Below the pieces are notes generated by a model, which worked only from the letters and a program-made list of their open reading frames with translations, made no database searches and was not told the origin of the DNA. From a virus (Duplodnaviria > Heunggongvirae > Uroviricota > Caudoviricetes), in IMG/VR virus record IMGVR_UViG_3300027733_000047: a stretch of DNA of 64,000 bases; one strand, given 5' to 3'. Below are positions 8,824 to 17,690 of the stretch, piece after piece (positions within the stretch are counted from its first letter, which is position 1; each line of letters opens with the position of its first letter). Both the position numbers and the translations under genes were made by a program.

Positions 8824-8836
8824 GTGAATAACTTTG
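8824..8836. promoter_or_regulatory. half-site TGTGAATAACTTT (reverse complement of the TTATTCACA DnaA-box variant)
   Basis: Same extended motif AAGTTATNCACA as the other copies. Confidence 0.3.
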
Positions 8837-8842
8837 CACCCT

Positions 8843-8948
8843 AAAAAAAATAGCGTGTAGGTTGGAGTATACTTCCCGCCATTGTTAGTGCCGTATGTCA
8901 TTCAAATTGACAATACAAATATAGGATAATAAATTGAAACTACCAAAT
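8843..8948 (-). ncRNA. mini-unit D (candidate sRNA)
   Basis: Minus strand TTTGG-N19-TATATTTG, then tattgtcaatttgaatgacatacggcactaacaatggcgggaagtatactccaacctacacgctaTTTTTTTT; near-identical 5' segment to unit B. Confidence 0.45.
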
Positions 8949-9004
8949 TTATTTTAAAAAAAAATGCCCTACATTTGTAAGGCATTTAATTCGTGTGCTG
9001 ATTA

Positions 9005-9162
9005 ACACTGATAAGTTATCGGTATTATCTCAAACGCTTCAATAAAACCAGTTTCTGCTTGTAACACTTCAACAAGTGCAAGAGCATCAACTCTGTGTTC
9101 AAATGCTTTGTGCATAATACCCGCACCATTTTCAAATACGAGCCAAATTGTTTTTTCCATAA
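9005..9162 (-). CDS. small hypothetical protein (52 aa)
   Basis: My translation MEKTIWLVFENGAG...; promoter 9170-9230. Confidence 0.35.
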
Positions 9163-9307
9163 TAGATTGTTTTAATTGTGAGATACAAATATAGGATTAA
9201 TAATTCAAACTACCAAATATTTTTTGAAGTATTTTTAAAATATTTTTTTGGTGGTCTGGAATTAATGTTGTATGTTTGCTTTGTTTAAATGAATAGGTTA
9301 AAAGATA

Positions 9308-9345
9308 ATCCCTGATGTGTCTACATCGGGGATACTTTTTATTTT
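9308..9345 (+). terminator. plus-strand hairpin plus T-run
   Basis: atccctgatgt-gtctac-acatcggggat (11-bp stem, one G-U) then tttttatttt. Confidence 0.5.
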
Positions 9346-9354
9346 GTATAAACT

Positions 9355-9381
9355 AAAAAACCCCACACTTTTGGTGTAGGG
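9355..9381 (-). terminator. intrinsic terminator of 9406..9669
   Basis: Minus strand reads CCCTACAC-caaaa-GTGTGGGG then TTTTTT. Confidence 0.6.
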
Positions 9382-9405
9382 AATTTATTCACAATTAAAC
9401 TAACT

Positions 9406-9669
9406 TTAACTTCGTAGATATGCAATATCTTTGTTATACTTTAATGTCTTGGCTTGGCTTGTGGTCAGTCCAACAAACTCTTGTGGTCTAAAACTAATTT
9501 CATCGGGATAGAATTCAAATAAAAATTCTTCAACCCCATTTTCAAGCGTAACATAAACCTTTGGCATATCATCAAAGAAACTCTTTGGCATTGCCGTAAT
9601 TCTTGCTGATACGATTTTTAATTCTTCTGCTAACATAATTTTATTTTTTGATTGTGAATGAATAAGCAA
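9406..9669 (-). CDS. hypothetical protein
   Basis: ORF; promoter motif 9661-9710; terminator 9355-9381. Confidence 0.6.
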   Translation of the reverse strand: MLIHSQSKNKIMLAEELKIVSARITAMPKSFFDDMPKVYVTLENGVEEFLFEFYPDEISFRPQEFVGLTTSQAKTLKYNKDIAYLRS

Positions 9670-9722
9670 ATTTAAGATTAATTTTCCACACTACCAAATA
9701 TTTTGCAAAGTTTTTTCAACCC

Positions 9723-9742
9723 ATGTACACAAAAGTGTATAT
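9723..9742. promoter_or_regulatory. palindrome ATGTACACAAAAGTGTATAT (copy 2)
   Basis: About 20 bp upstream of the -33 of the 9406..9669 promoter. Confidence 0.5.
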
Positions 9743-9826
9743 CGTGGAATTGATTGAGAGTCGCCCCATGCTCTCATGTATTGCCGTTCTTTGTTGCGTG
9801 GACTTTCGGCACATTAAACAATTCCA

Positions 9827-10168
9827 TTATCTTTTATTCAACCATTCATCAAAGGTGCGATAACCTCCGAATGCTCTCCATTGGTTATACATATCATTCC
9901 TATCTTTGCAAACACGCTTTGCCCACTTGTAAACCAACTCGGTTTCTTTGAATGTGGTAAAGTTATCTCGGCAATAGTTTTCAAGAAACCCTACTGCTTG
10001 GCACCAACGAATATATGATTTTTCGGTAATGCGTCTGTTTATCCAATCATCACTTGTTCTGCCACAATCATTGAATTGTTTAATCGTATCAAACCCAGCA
10101 GACATTTTATCAATATCTACTTTGTTATATAAACTCTCAACAACCCTTGCTATGTAATGTGCTGTCAT
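9827..10168 (-). CDS. hypothetical protein
   Basis: 113-aa ORF on dominant strand. Confidence 0.55.
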   Translation of the reverse strand: MTAHYIARVVESLYNKVDIDKMSAGFDTIKQFNDCGRTSDDWINRRITEKSYIRWCQAVGFLENYCRDNFTTFKETELVYKWAKRVCKDRNDMYNQWRAFGGYRTFDEWLNKR

Positions 10169-10317
10169 ATTATTTTATATTATCTATTAACCAAGCGATA
10201 AATTTGCCTAATGAAGTTACAAACCAAATAAACCCCAATGTAACAAAAAAGCCAATCCAAAATTCTTGAGTGTATAACATACTGCAAATATAAGATAATT
10301 TTTTGAATGTACCAAAT

Positions 10318-10539
10318 TTATTTTATGTTTGTTAATGGGTAAGCGTTGATAAACCTTTCAGTAACTAGCTCAAAATTTTCTTTATCTCTAGGGTAGTATT
10401 CATTAGCAACGGATTCTAAAGCTGCTTCTACGTGTAGTTTGGCAAACTCTTTCATTGCTTGTGGAACACTTTGTTCAAAAGTGTGTCCTTCTTGCCTATG
10501 ATAATTTTTTATAAATTCTTCTGCTGTTTGTATTTTCAT
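10318..10539 (-). CDS. hypothetical protein
   Basis: ORF; consensus promoter 10541-10583 abuts ATG. Confidence 0.6.
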   Translation of the reverse strand: MKIQTAEEFIKNYHRQEGHTFEQSVPQAMKEFAKLHVEAALESVANEYYPRDKENFELVTERFINAYPLTNIK

Positions 10540-10540
10540 A

Positions 10541-10583
10541 CTGCAAATATAAGATTAATAATTGAATGTACCAAATTTATTTT
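10541..10583 (-). promoter_or_regulatory. consensus promoter abutting ATG (leaderless-type)
   Basis: ctgcaaatataagattaataattgaatgtaccaaatttatttt; -7 box ends 4 nt before ATG of 10318..10539. Confidence 0.6.
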
Positions 10584-10798
10584 TCAAATTCTTTTAGTGT
10601 TCTTAATGTTCGTTGTAATTCTTCCATATCACAACAAACTGCAACCCTTCTGCTAAATGGCAACCAAAAAAACCTATGATGTTTTACGACTACATAACCA
10701 ATCTCTAACTTACCTTCGTAGTTATATAATTGTTTATAATATGCGTAGTCATATTCGGTAAATGCTGAATTAAGTATTCTTTTTAATAATTTTTTCAT
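10577..10798 (-). CDS. hypothetical protein
   Basis: ORF; consensus promoter 10800-10842 abuts ATG. Confidence 0.6.
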   Translation of the reverse strand: MKKLLKRILNSAFTEYDYAYYKQLYNYEGKLEIGYVVVKHHRFFWLPFSRRVAVCCDMEELQRTLRTLKEFEK

Positions 10799-10799
10799 A

Positions 10800-10842
10800 C
10801 TGCAAATATAAGATTAATAATTGAATGTACCAAATTTATTTT
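10800..10842 (-). promoter_or_regulatory. consensus promoter abutting ATG
   Basis: Identical motif to 10541-10583; drives 10577..10798. Confidence 0.6.
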
Positions 10843-11153
10843 GCACTTTTTACATTATTAAATTCAACAACTCCAATTGCTCGTCTAACCAATGTCAATG
10901 CTTTTTGGTCGTAGCCACCAATATGCCAATCTGTTATTCTATTTACATCACGATTATTTTTGTAGTCATATATTGTAGCCACAACTGATTGTCCGTGAAT
11001 GCCACCTAATATTGTCCAATGTGCCAATGATTTGTCGTAATTGGTTTCAGGTTTGCCCAATGTCATAACCAATTCTTGATAGGTTATATCCAAATAACCT
11101 TGTAAGTGTGTGCCGTTTATTCTTGTGCTAGGGTGATTAATTTTGAATGCCAT
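10836..11153 (-). CDS. hypothetical protein
   Basis: ORF; consensus promoter 11170-11203. Confidence 0.6.
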   Translation of the reverse strand: MAFKINHPSTRINGTHLQGYLDITYQELVMTLGKPETNYDKSLAHWTILGGIHGQSVVATIYDYKNNRDVNRITDWHIGGYDQKALTLVRRAIGVVEFNNVKSAK

Positions 11154-11169
11154 TGCTTAATTGTTTAGG

Positions 11170-11203
11170 ACACAAATATAAGGATAATAATTCAATGTAC
11201 CAA
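11170..11203 (-). promoter_or_regulatory. consensus promoter
   Basis: cacaaatataaggataataattcaatgtaccaaatttattttt; drives 10836..11153. Confidence 0.55.
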
Positions 11204-11383
11204 ATTTATTTTTAAAATCTTTGTATCCTTGCCAAATGTTCTAATGCGTCTTTATAGGTATCTGCCCAAATACGATAGCCATCTAGTACATATAACTTTT
11301 TGCCATCTTCTCTTACTTGGATTGGTTGCGGTAAACTTGATTCGTTTTGCATTGTTTTTAATTTATAGATTATTTAATTTATT

Positions 11384-11507
11384 ACGACTTAAACTTTTTC
11401 GGATACCAAACTCCGCAACTGCCCTTGCTACAATTACCACTAACGTAATACTTTGAACAAGATGAAAATGCAACTGCGATTAGAATTAAGATGAATAACT
11501 TTTTCAT
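11384..11507 (-). CDS. small secreted Cys-rich peptide (41 aa)
   Basis: My translation MKKLFILILIAVAFSSCSKYYVSGNCSKGSCGVWYPKKFKS; promoter 11534-11573 abuts ATG. Confidence 0.4.
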
Positions 11508-11566
11508 AATAGATTGTTTTTAATTGTGAGATACAAATATAGGACTATTTTTTGTATCTACCAAAT

Positions 11567-11800
11567 TTATTTTAAAGAAAAAGAAATTTCTTTTTTTAAT
11601 GGTTTATCTACATCATAATCTAACTTACTTAATACTTCAACTAATTTATCATTAGTTTTGTGTAACTGGTTTCTAATTTCTTCGATAGTGTAAACTTTAT
11701 CTAGGTCGTTTGTTTGGCTTTCGTCTTTTAGTAAGAATATATCTACATCAGCCATAGTAGATGCAATTAATGTTCTAATTGTAAGTAATTCGTTTTGCAT
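11567..11800 (-). CDS. hypothetical protein
   Basis: ORF; promoter 11821-11860 abuts ATG. Confidence 0.6.
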   Translation of the reverse strand: MQNELLTIRTLIASTMADVDIFLLKDESQTNDLDKVYTIEEIRNQLHKTNDKLVEVLSKLDYDVDKPLKKEISFSLK

Positions 11801-11820
11801 AATTGATTTGTTTTAGAATG

Positions 11821-11860
11821 TAAATATAGGACTATTTTTTGTATCTACCAAATTTATTTT
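11821..11860 (-). promoter_or_regulatory. consensus promoter abutting ATG
   Basis: taaatataggactattttttgtatctaccaaatttatttt; drives 11567..11800. Confidence 0.55.
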
Positions 11861-12290
11861 AGATATTTACCAAAATAATTTCCGCTGATTGATACGATAT
11901 TTCGGGACTAACAAAAACTCCTTCCTTTTGGAATTTCCTTAATCTTGTATTTTCTTGTTTGGTAACTAAATTCCATATACCATACTTTGTAAGATAGATT
12001 TCTTTTAATTCATCTACACTATTAGGTGTTGTGTCCAGCAATATTTTACCAACTATTTTTCTTGGGTATTCGTGTTCTTTAACTCGTTTGTTCTTGGGTA
12101 ACTCCAATGCCTTCTCGCTTATCTTTCCGCTGAATGTTAATCTGTTTGTGGGTAGATAATATATTGCAGCACCAACGATTGTGGATAGAAATTCTTTTTG
12201 GTATTCAGTTGATGTGTCGTAACTTTGTTTTAGATTAACTAAAAGATTAAATACCGATTCAAACTTTTGTTCTGTTTTATTCATACGCAA
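11859..12290 (-). CDS. hypothetical protein
   Basis: ORF; promoter 12291-12330. Confidence 0.6.
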   Translation of the reverse strand: MRMNKTEQKFESVFNLLVNLKQSYDTSTEYQKEFLSTIVGAAIYYLPTNRLTFSGKISEKALELPKNKRVKEHEYPRKIVGKILLDTTPNSVDELKEIYLTKYGIWNLVTKQENTRLRKFQKEGVFVSPEISYQSAEIILVNI

Positions 12291-12316
12291 ATATAAGATT
12301 AATTTTTCAAAGTACC

Positions 12317-12350
12317 AAAAAAAAAGGAAAGTTTTTTTAGGACTTTCCCT
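12317..12350 (-). terminator. intrinsic terminator of 12367..12912
   Basis: Minus strand reads GGAAAGT-cctaaaaaa-ACTTTCC then T9. Confidence 0.65.
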
Positions 12351-12366
12351 TTTAGGTGTTTCACAA

Positions 12367-12912
12367 TTAACCTACTATCTTTTCGTTTATACCAAATTCA
12401 TCTAAAATTGATTCAACTCCGTAATATCCAAAACAACTATCTTCAATTTCGCCGTTTTCGTTTATCAATGTATATCCGTACACTTCGCCTCGCATATAAA
12501 GGTCGTATGTTTCTAATTCAGCCAATAGGACTTTTGTTACCTTCTCAATTTCTTTTTTGGTAACTCGCTTAACTCCGTATTCGTTTTTTACTTTATCTTT
12601 GCTAATAAACACAAACCCTATCTGCCCACTATCCCACTTGCAACTGAATGGTGTTGTTGAAATTGTTATGCCCGAATGGTCGTAAAGATATAAGGGTAAT
12701 ATGATTGCTGGTTTTTCATTTTTAATGATTGCCTTCTCCATTTCTGCCCAACCCGAATAATCTTGATGTTTGTAGGTGTGTTTGTCGCCTAACGAATATC
12801 GTCCGTGAAAACATATCATTGTAGATAGGTTATCATCGTGTCTTGGATTGTTAGGGTACTCGTCTTGTGTTACTTCTAATGTTTTGCCATTGTTTAATTT
12901 GTACGTTTCCAT
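12367..12912 (-). CDS. hypothetical protein
   Basis: Start moved to METYKLNNG (ATG 12910-12912) so it does not overlap promoter 12939-12980; terminator 12317-12350 downstream. Confidence 0.6.
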   Translation of the reverse strand: METYKLNNGKTLEVTQDEYPNNPRHDDNLSTMICFHGRYSLGDKHTYKHQDYSGWAEMEKAIIKNEKPAIILPLYLYDHSGITISTTPFSCKWDSGQIGFVFISKDKVKNEYGVKRVTKKEIEKVTKVLLAELETYDLYMRGEVYGYTLINENGEIEDSCFGYYGVESILDEFGINEKIVG

Positions 12913-13057
12913 TTTATTTGTTTTTAATTGTGAGATACAAATATAATACAATAAATTCAAACTACCAAATTTATTTTGAATTATTTTAAAGTTTTTTTAA
13001 AAAAGCTCCCGATATAGAAATATCGGGATTGATTATTGAATGAAAAAAAGAACTATT

Positions 13058-13255
13058 TTACCACTTGCCAACTATGTCCATAACTTGTTGGTACTGCTTT
13101 AAGTATGCGTCTGCCCAAAGGTCAATGAATTTGTTTTTCTGTTCGCCTAAAATACGATAATTGAATTTGTAACCACTGCCGTCTTCAAATTCTATCATTG
13201 CCAATTTGGCTTGGTGTTTTGATTCCAAAACTTCAACTGCTTGTGCTAATGTCAT
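13058..13255 (-). CDS. hypothetical protein
   Basis: ORF; promoter 13262-13320. Confidence 0.55.
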   Translation of the reverse strand: MTLAQAVEVLESKHQAKLAMIEFEDGSGYKFNYRILGEQKNKFIDLWADAYLKQYQQVMDIVGKW

Positions 13256-13319
13256 AATATATGTTTTTTAATTGTGAGATACAAATGTACGATTATTTTT
13301 TGAATGTACCAAATTTATT

Positions 13320-13577
13320 TTAATAATATTTTGCATAACCCGTCCAAAACCAAACTGAAATTCCTGCAAATATAGACGTAGCAACGATTGTAAACACTCT
13401 ATTATTTTTTCTTTGTTTCTTTAACTTCAACGAATATTGTTGTTTGTATATTACACTATCCGTTATTTTTGAACGAACTGACATATAAAGGTCATTACGT
13501 TTTTGGTAATAGGACGTGTCTTGTGCATTTGTGCTGAAACTGAATAAGATTGCGATTGCAAAGAATAATTTTTTCAT
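13320..13577 (-). CDS. small secreted/membrane protein
   Basis: Signal peptide MKKLFFAIAILFSFSTNAQ; promoter 13590-13640. Confidence 0.55.
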   Translation of the reverse strand: MKKLFFAIAILFSFSTNAQDTSYYQKRNDLYMSVRSKITDSVIYKQQYSLKLKKQRKNNRVFTIVATSIFAGISVWFWTGYAKYY

Positions 13578-13788
13578 CTTTATTTGTTTTTAATTGTGAG
13601 ATACAAATATAGGACTATTTTTTGGAAATACCAAATAAAATTGCAACTAAATATGAAAAAGTTATTAGTGTAAGGAATACATTATTCATCACTCCAATTT
13701 CGGATTCCTCGCCTATGTTGTTTAATATAAAACCACCCACCAATAATACTATTATAATTGCGTGAAATAAACGTAAATTTTTCATTTT

Positions 13789-13992
13789 TTATAGTTTAAA
13801 TAAATTAATAGGAATAAGGTTAAATTCTTCGGGTAATTCTCGCATAGCACCCATACCTTTTCTTTCAGCATTGTGTTGCTTTAACCACTCTTTAAATTCA
13901 GTTTTGTTTCTTACCAATGTTTCAAACTTCTTATCATCACCATTACCAAACCTATCATTGTATTCAACAATGTAAAATGTATTCTTTGTCAT
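13789..13992 (-). CDS. hypothetical protein
   Basis: ORF, start overlaps stop of next gene. Confidence 0.5.
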   Translation of the reverse strand: MTKNTFYIVEYNDRFGNGDDKKFETLVRNKTEFKEWLKQHNAERKGMGAMRELPEEFNLIPINLFKL

Positions 13993-14273
13993 AAACTGGC
14001 TATTATTTTTTTACGATATGCAACATATTTTCCCAAACGATTGATAAAACTTTCTGCTGATTTCTTTGTGCTGAAATAGGCAAAGAATTGACAATACTCA
14101 CTATCCTCGCTTGTTGTAGGTCTAAGTACTTTGTTTTCTTTTAATTTATCTACAATGTCGTAATTGCTTTCGCAGTTACCAAATGTTTCCAACCCACGAA
14201 GGTCAGCCGTTACCGTCCATTTTTTGTCCCACTCGTATTTTGTGGGAATGATTTTGTCTATTGTGTAAGCCAT
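13989..14273 (-). CDS. hypothetical protein
   Basis: ORF; promoter 14282-14340. Confidence 0.6.
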   Translation of the reverse strand: MAYTIDKIIPTKYEWDKKWTVTADLRGLETFGNCESNYDIVDKLKENKVLRPTTSEDSEYCQFFAYFSTKKSAESFINRLGKYVAYRKKIIASL

Positions 14274-14325
14274 TGTTAATTAGTTTAGAATGTAAATATA
14301 GTACTATTTTTTCAAACTACCAAAT

Positions 14326-14679
14326 TTATTTTAATTTTTCTGCTAATTCTTTAATTACTTTAAAATCAAATTCTTGACAACCAACGATTACTTTTTTTGT
14401 CTGCTTATCAATAATCGCAGTATAATCACAATTTAACTTAAAATTACTTCGCGTAGTATTTTCAAGCAAATCAATCATTTCTTCAATGCTAACCACATTA
14501 TAACCATCACCACTAACCGAGCCAACGATTTCATTACGATTACTATTGTATTGAAAATGCTCCCAACCATTACTTTTTTCGCCAAAATAATTCTCACATA
14601 CATCAATACCTCTTTGCTTTGCGATAGTAAACAACCAACCAATTAATTTATCATTTTTTACTCTAACTGAATATATCAT
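14326..14679 (-). CDS. hypothetical protein
   Basis: ORF; promoter 14690-14745. Confidence 0.6.
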   Translation of the reverse strand: MIYSVRVKNDKLIGWLFTIAKQRGIDVCENYFGEKSNGWEHFQYNSNRNEIVGSVSGDGYNVVSIEEMIDLLENTTRSNFKLNCDYTAIIDKQTKKVIVGCQEFDFKVIKELAEKLK

Positions 14680-14730
14680 AATTTTTAATTTAGAATGTAA
14701 ATATAGTACTATTTTTTCAATCTACCAAAT

Positions 14731-15117
14731 TTATTTTAGAATTTCTTCAAAATTATTTTTGGTAATGTTTTCGCTTTCTGCTTTCTTGTCAATCATTAAA
14801 TAAACATCACTCAAAAACTTTTCCTTTATCCCTTCGTTCTTTTCGCTTTCAGCAATGTAATAGGTTAGATAATCTAATACTTCTCTTTTGATATTCCATT
14901 TAACCCCTCTACAATCGTAATAGAAACGACTGCCGTCTTCATTCATTCCACGTTTACCTACCAACACACGCTTAACTCTATCTTCACGCTTTTTTTGTTC
15001 GTGGTGTGCCTTAAATTGATTAAGTGTATTTTCACTGCAAAATCCTGCCATTATAGATATCTTTGCAAAATCCATTGCCAATTCATCTGTCCATTTAAAA
15101 CTTGGTTTGTAACCCAT
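14731..15117 (-). CDS. hypothetical protein
   Basis: ORF; promoter 15130-15185. Confidence 0.6.
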   Translation of the reverse strand: MGYKPSFKWTDELAMDFAKISIMAGFCSENTLNQFKAHHEQKKREDRVKRVLVGKRGMNEDGSRFYYDCRGVKWNIKREVLDYLTYYIAESEKNEGIKEKFLSDVYLMIDKKAESENITKNNFEEILK

Positions 15118-15183
15118 TTTGTTTATTTTTTTAGTGTATGCAAATGTAGTAATAATAATTCAAACTACCTAATTTATTTTGAA

Positions 15184-15384
15184 TTATTTTTTTATAATCC
15201 AAACTTTTTTTAGGTATTCATCAACAACTTGTGCTGGTGTTAAAGGATTCGCACCCCAACCATCATCAGCCATACGATGAAATTCAACCCCAAAAGAATT
15301 TTCTCTTGCTTGGTAATTCTTATTAACCCATTCCAATAGATTAACCATTGAATTGTGCATTTCGTTAAAATCAGTGATATTCAT
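15184..15384 (-). CDS. hypothetical protein
   Basis: Start moved to MNITDFNEMHN (ATG 15382-15384) adjacent to promoter 15398-15445. Confidence 0.5.
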   Translation of the reverse strand: MNITDFNEMHNSMVNLLEWVNKNYQARENSFGVEFHRMADDGWGANPLTPAQVVDEYLKKVWIIKK

Positions 15385-15527
15385 CTTAATTAATTTAGAA
15401 TACAAATATAGCAAATTAAATTCAAACCACCAAATATTTTTTAAACTTTTTTTATACTTCGCCAAAAGTATATTAGATTAGATAGTTTTGGCGAGTTATA
15501 AATTATTTTAAAAATAATTGCACAAAT

Positions 15528-15627
15528 ATTTGGTAGTGTCAATTATTATTACGATATTTGTATTGTCAATGTATGACAGACGATTCGCTCGGTAGGTATA
15601 CTCCAACCTACGCCATATTTTTTTTAG
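15528..15627 (+). ncRNA. mini-unit C (candidate sRNA)
   Basis: TTTGG(15528)-N19-gATATTTG, then tattgtcaatgtatgacagacgattcgctcggtaggtatactccaacctacgccataTTTTTTTT. Confidence 0.45.
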
Positions 15628-15703
15628 GGTATATATAAAAAAATCCCCATATAAACATATAGGGATTATAATTGATACTTTATCAACTATGATAGACAAA
15701 TTC

Positions 15704-15916
15704 TTATTCGTGTCCACCAAATATTTGTTCCCATTCTTTTGGTGAAATTCCCGTTAGGATAAATTCCCTTTCTGCTGGTGTTAGGTTTGGAAATATGGTT
15801 TGAATATACTCACCATTTTCTCTGCGATTGAAAAACCTTTCTAATTGCTCTTCGGTAATATCCAATTCCAATGTTGTTTTGATTCCCGAAATTTGACTTG
15901 TGTTTGTTAATAGCAT
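15704..15916 (-). CDS. hypothetical protein
   Basis: ORF; promoter 15935-15990. Confidence 0.55.
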   Translation of the reverse strand: MLLTNTSQISGIKTTLELDITEEQLERFFNRRENGEYIQTIFPNLTPAEREFILTGISPKEWEQIFGGHE

Positions 15917-15990
15917 TGTTTAAAGTTTAATTGTGATTAATAGAATACAAATATCGCAATAATAATTCAAACTACCAAATTTATTTAATA

Positions 15991-16024
15991 AAAGTTATCC
16001 ACATTTTTAGTGTGGATAACCTTT
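15991..16024. promoter_or_regulatory. inverted pair of perfect DnaA boxes (TTATCCACA 15995-16003 / TGTGGATAA 16011-16019) forming a 13-bp-stem hairpin
   Basis: aaagttatccacatttttagtgtggataaccttt; between the 16034..16612 stop and the next promoter. Confidence 0.5.
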
Positions 16025-16033
16025 ACATATTCA

Positions 16034-16612
16034 TTATTTTTCAAATGATAATTCTTCGCCATTTGTTCGCATTTTCATTCCATTCAATTTGAATTTGAAT
16101 TGGCGATACTTTGTTGATTTCATCATTTGGCGAATTTCATCTTTTGCCTTTGTTTTGGCACTTCTTTTATCTTCGCCATAATCAACTGCTTCAACAACAT
16201 TCTTTTTAACTTTGCTACCAAAAACATATAACTCCAATGTATCAGCGTGTAACTTCAACGCTTCGTTAATGTGGATATACGCTTCTTTTTGTCCTTCGCT
16301 TCTTGCTTTGCTTGGATTGATTAAACTCTCCAATAACTCGGTTTTTGCTACAAGAATATCAACCATAGAACTATTCCATTCCATTGTGGTAACATCTAAA
16401 TTAGAAAGGAATTTAATGTCCTTCTGCTTTGCAGTTTGGTAATTAACACCAATGTTGATTAGATAATCGGCTAATTCGCCTTTGTCATTTACATAACCTT
16501 TAACCGAACAAAAGGTTACATTCGTTAATGATTTGTTCAACGCTGATTTGATTGTTTCAGCGATTGTTTCTGCTTGGTTACTTAAACCAATGATTGTTGC
16601 TTCGTTTTGCAT
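16034..16612 (-). CDS. hypothetical protein
   Basis: 192-aa ORF; promoter 16625-16685. Confidence 0.6.
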   Translation of the reverse strand: MQNEATIIGLSNQAETIAETIKSALNKSLTNVTFCSVKGYVNDKGELADYLINIGVNYQTAKQKDIKFLSNLDVTTMEWNSSMVDILVAKTELLESLINPSKARSEGQKEAYIHINEALKLHADTLELYVFGSKVKKNVVEAVDYGEDKRSAKTKAKDEIRQMMKSTKYRQFKFKLNGMKMRTNGEELSFEK

Positions 16613-16854
16613 TGTTTAATTGTTTAATTGTGAATAATAGAATACAAATATCGCAATAATAATTCAATCTACCAAATTTATTTTGGATATTTTTGAATAT
16701 TTTTTTCTATCATATAACTTCTTGCTTTTATGCACACGATTATACGATACACGACCTGCTTCCAATTCCAACTGGCGATTAACTTTGCGTAGTAATTTGT
16801 CGGTAGATAGTTTCATAATAGCAAATATACTATTATATTTTCAATCCACCAAAT

Positions 16855-17118
16855 TTATTTTGATAATCTTTTTAAATCTTCTTCAAACTCTCTCATCATC
16901 TCGTCAAAATCATATACCTTGTTACCAGCATCATCAAGGTAGTAATACACTCCAACCTCAATGGTTTGTTCAGCGATGGGTTCTCTATTGATAGTTGGTA
17001 ATACATCTTGAAGTAGGTTGATAGCCGTTCCCAACTTTACATTGCCGTAACCCGTTCTGTCTTCAAGTGTGTGCAAAAGGTCTAATGCTTTGGATAATAT
17101 GTCTTTATTTGATTTCAT
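16855..17118 (-). CDS. hypothetical protein
   Basis: ORF; promoter 17125-17163 with TGTACAC palindrome just upstream. Confidence 0.6.
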   Translation of the reverse strand: MKSNKDILSKALDLLHTLEDRTGYGNVKLGTAINLLQDVLPTINREPIAEQTIEVGVYYYLDDAGNKVYDFDEMMREFEEDLKRLSK

Positions 17119-17178
17119 ATCGCAAATATAAGATTAAAAATTCAATGTACCAAATTTATTTTCTCGCGCTCGCGTGTG

Positions 17179-17200
17179 TAGTACACAAAAGTGTACATAG
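17179..17200. promoter_or_regulatory. palindrome TAGTACACAAAAGTGTACATA (copy 3)
   Basis: Immediately upstream of promoter 17125-17163; preceded by ctcgcgctcgcg. Confidence 0.5.
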
Positions 17201-17202
17201 GG

Positions 17203-17481
17203 TTACTTAACCGATAATACTTTTTCAATATCATCATCAGTAATATCTTTGCTTGCGCCGAATTTAAGATATTCCCTTCTGCCAAACTTTTGATGCTCAC
17301 GATGTCTAAACTCGTGAATAATAATATCAGCTTGTTTGAAACTACCCATATACTGCCAACCTTCGCCATTATTCATTGCGATGCTGGGGTGTTCAATACC
17401 TTCGTTGATTGGGTGGGTAGCAACCATATCCCACATTCTTTCCCATTCCTGACTGCCTTCTTTTATTAATACCATTTCCAT
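17203..17481 (-). CDS. hypothetical protein
   Basis: 92-aa ORF on dominant strand. Confidence 0.5.
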   Translation of the reverse strand: MEMVLIKEGSQEWERMWDMVATHPINEGIEHPSIAMNNGEGWQYMGSFKQADIIIHEFRHREHQKFGRREYLKFGASKDITDDDIEKVLSVK

Positions 17482-17492
17482 ATTAGATTGTT

Positions 17493-17690
17493 TTATTCAA
17501 AGATATGCTCAACTACGATTGAAGTCAATGATTTTCTTTCCTTTAATTGTTTGCGTAGATAAGTTCTCCACTTAACATAACCCTTTAAGATATGTTCATC
17601 ATCAACATTTTCAATTTGCTTTTGTTGTCTTGCGATTGTAACCAACGCTAACTGCTTGTGGTTTACTTGGATAACATCAAAGATTGGCAT
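17493..17690 (-). CDS. hypothetical protein
   Basis: ORF; promoter 17705-17760. Confidence 0.5.
   Translation of the reverse strand: MPIFDVIQVNHKQLALVTIARQQKQIENVDDEHILKGYVKWRTYLRKQLKERKSLTSIVVEHIFE

Noticed and set aside
4640-9400. Possible CRISPR array, suggested by the many short repeats in 4.6-9.4 kb
   Set aside because: The repeats are palindromic operator-like and terminator-like elements of several different families at irregular spacing, in both orientations. There is no repeat-spacer periodicity.
11229-11456. 75-aa plus-strand ORF 11229..11456
   Set aside because: It is antisense to a better-supported minus-strand 41-aa signal-peptide gene (11384-11507) that has a consensus promoter fused to its ATG.
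15508-15720. 70-aa minus-strand ORF 15508..15720
   Set aside because: It is AT-rich and low-complexity, and it lies on top of the conserved mini-unit C (promoter plus palindrome plus T-run). It is more likely non-coding.
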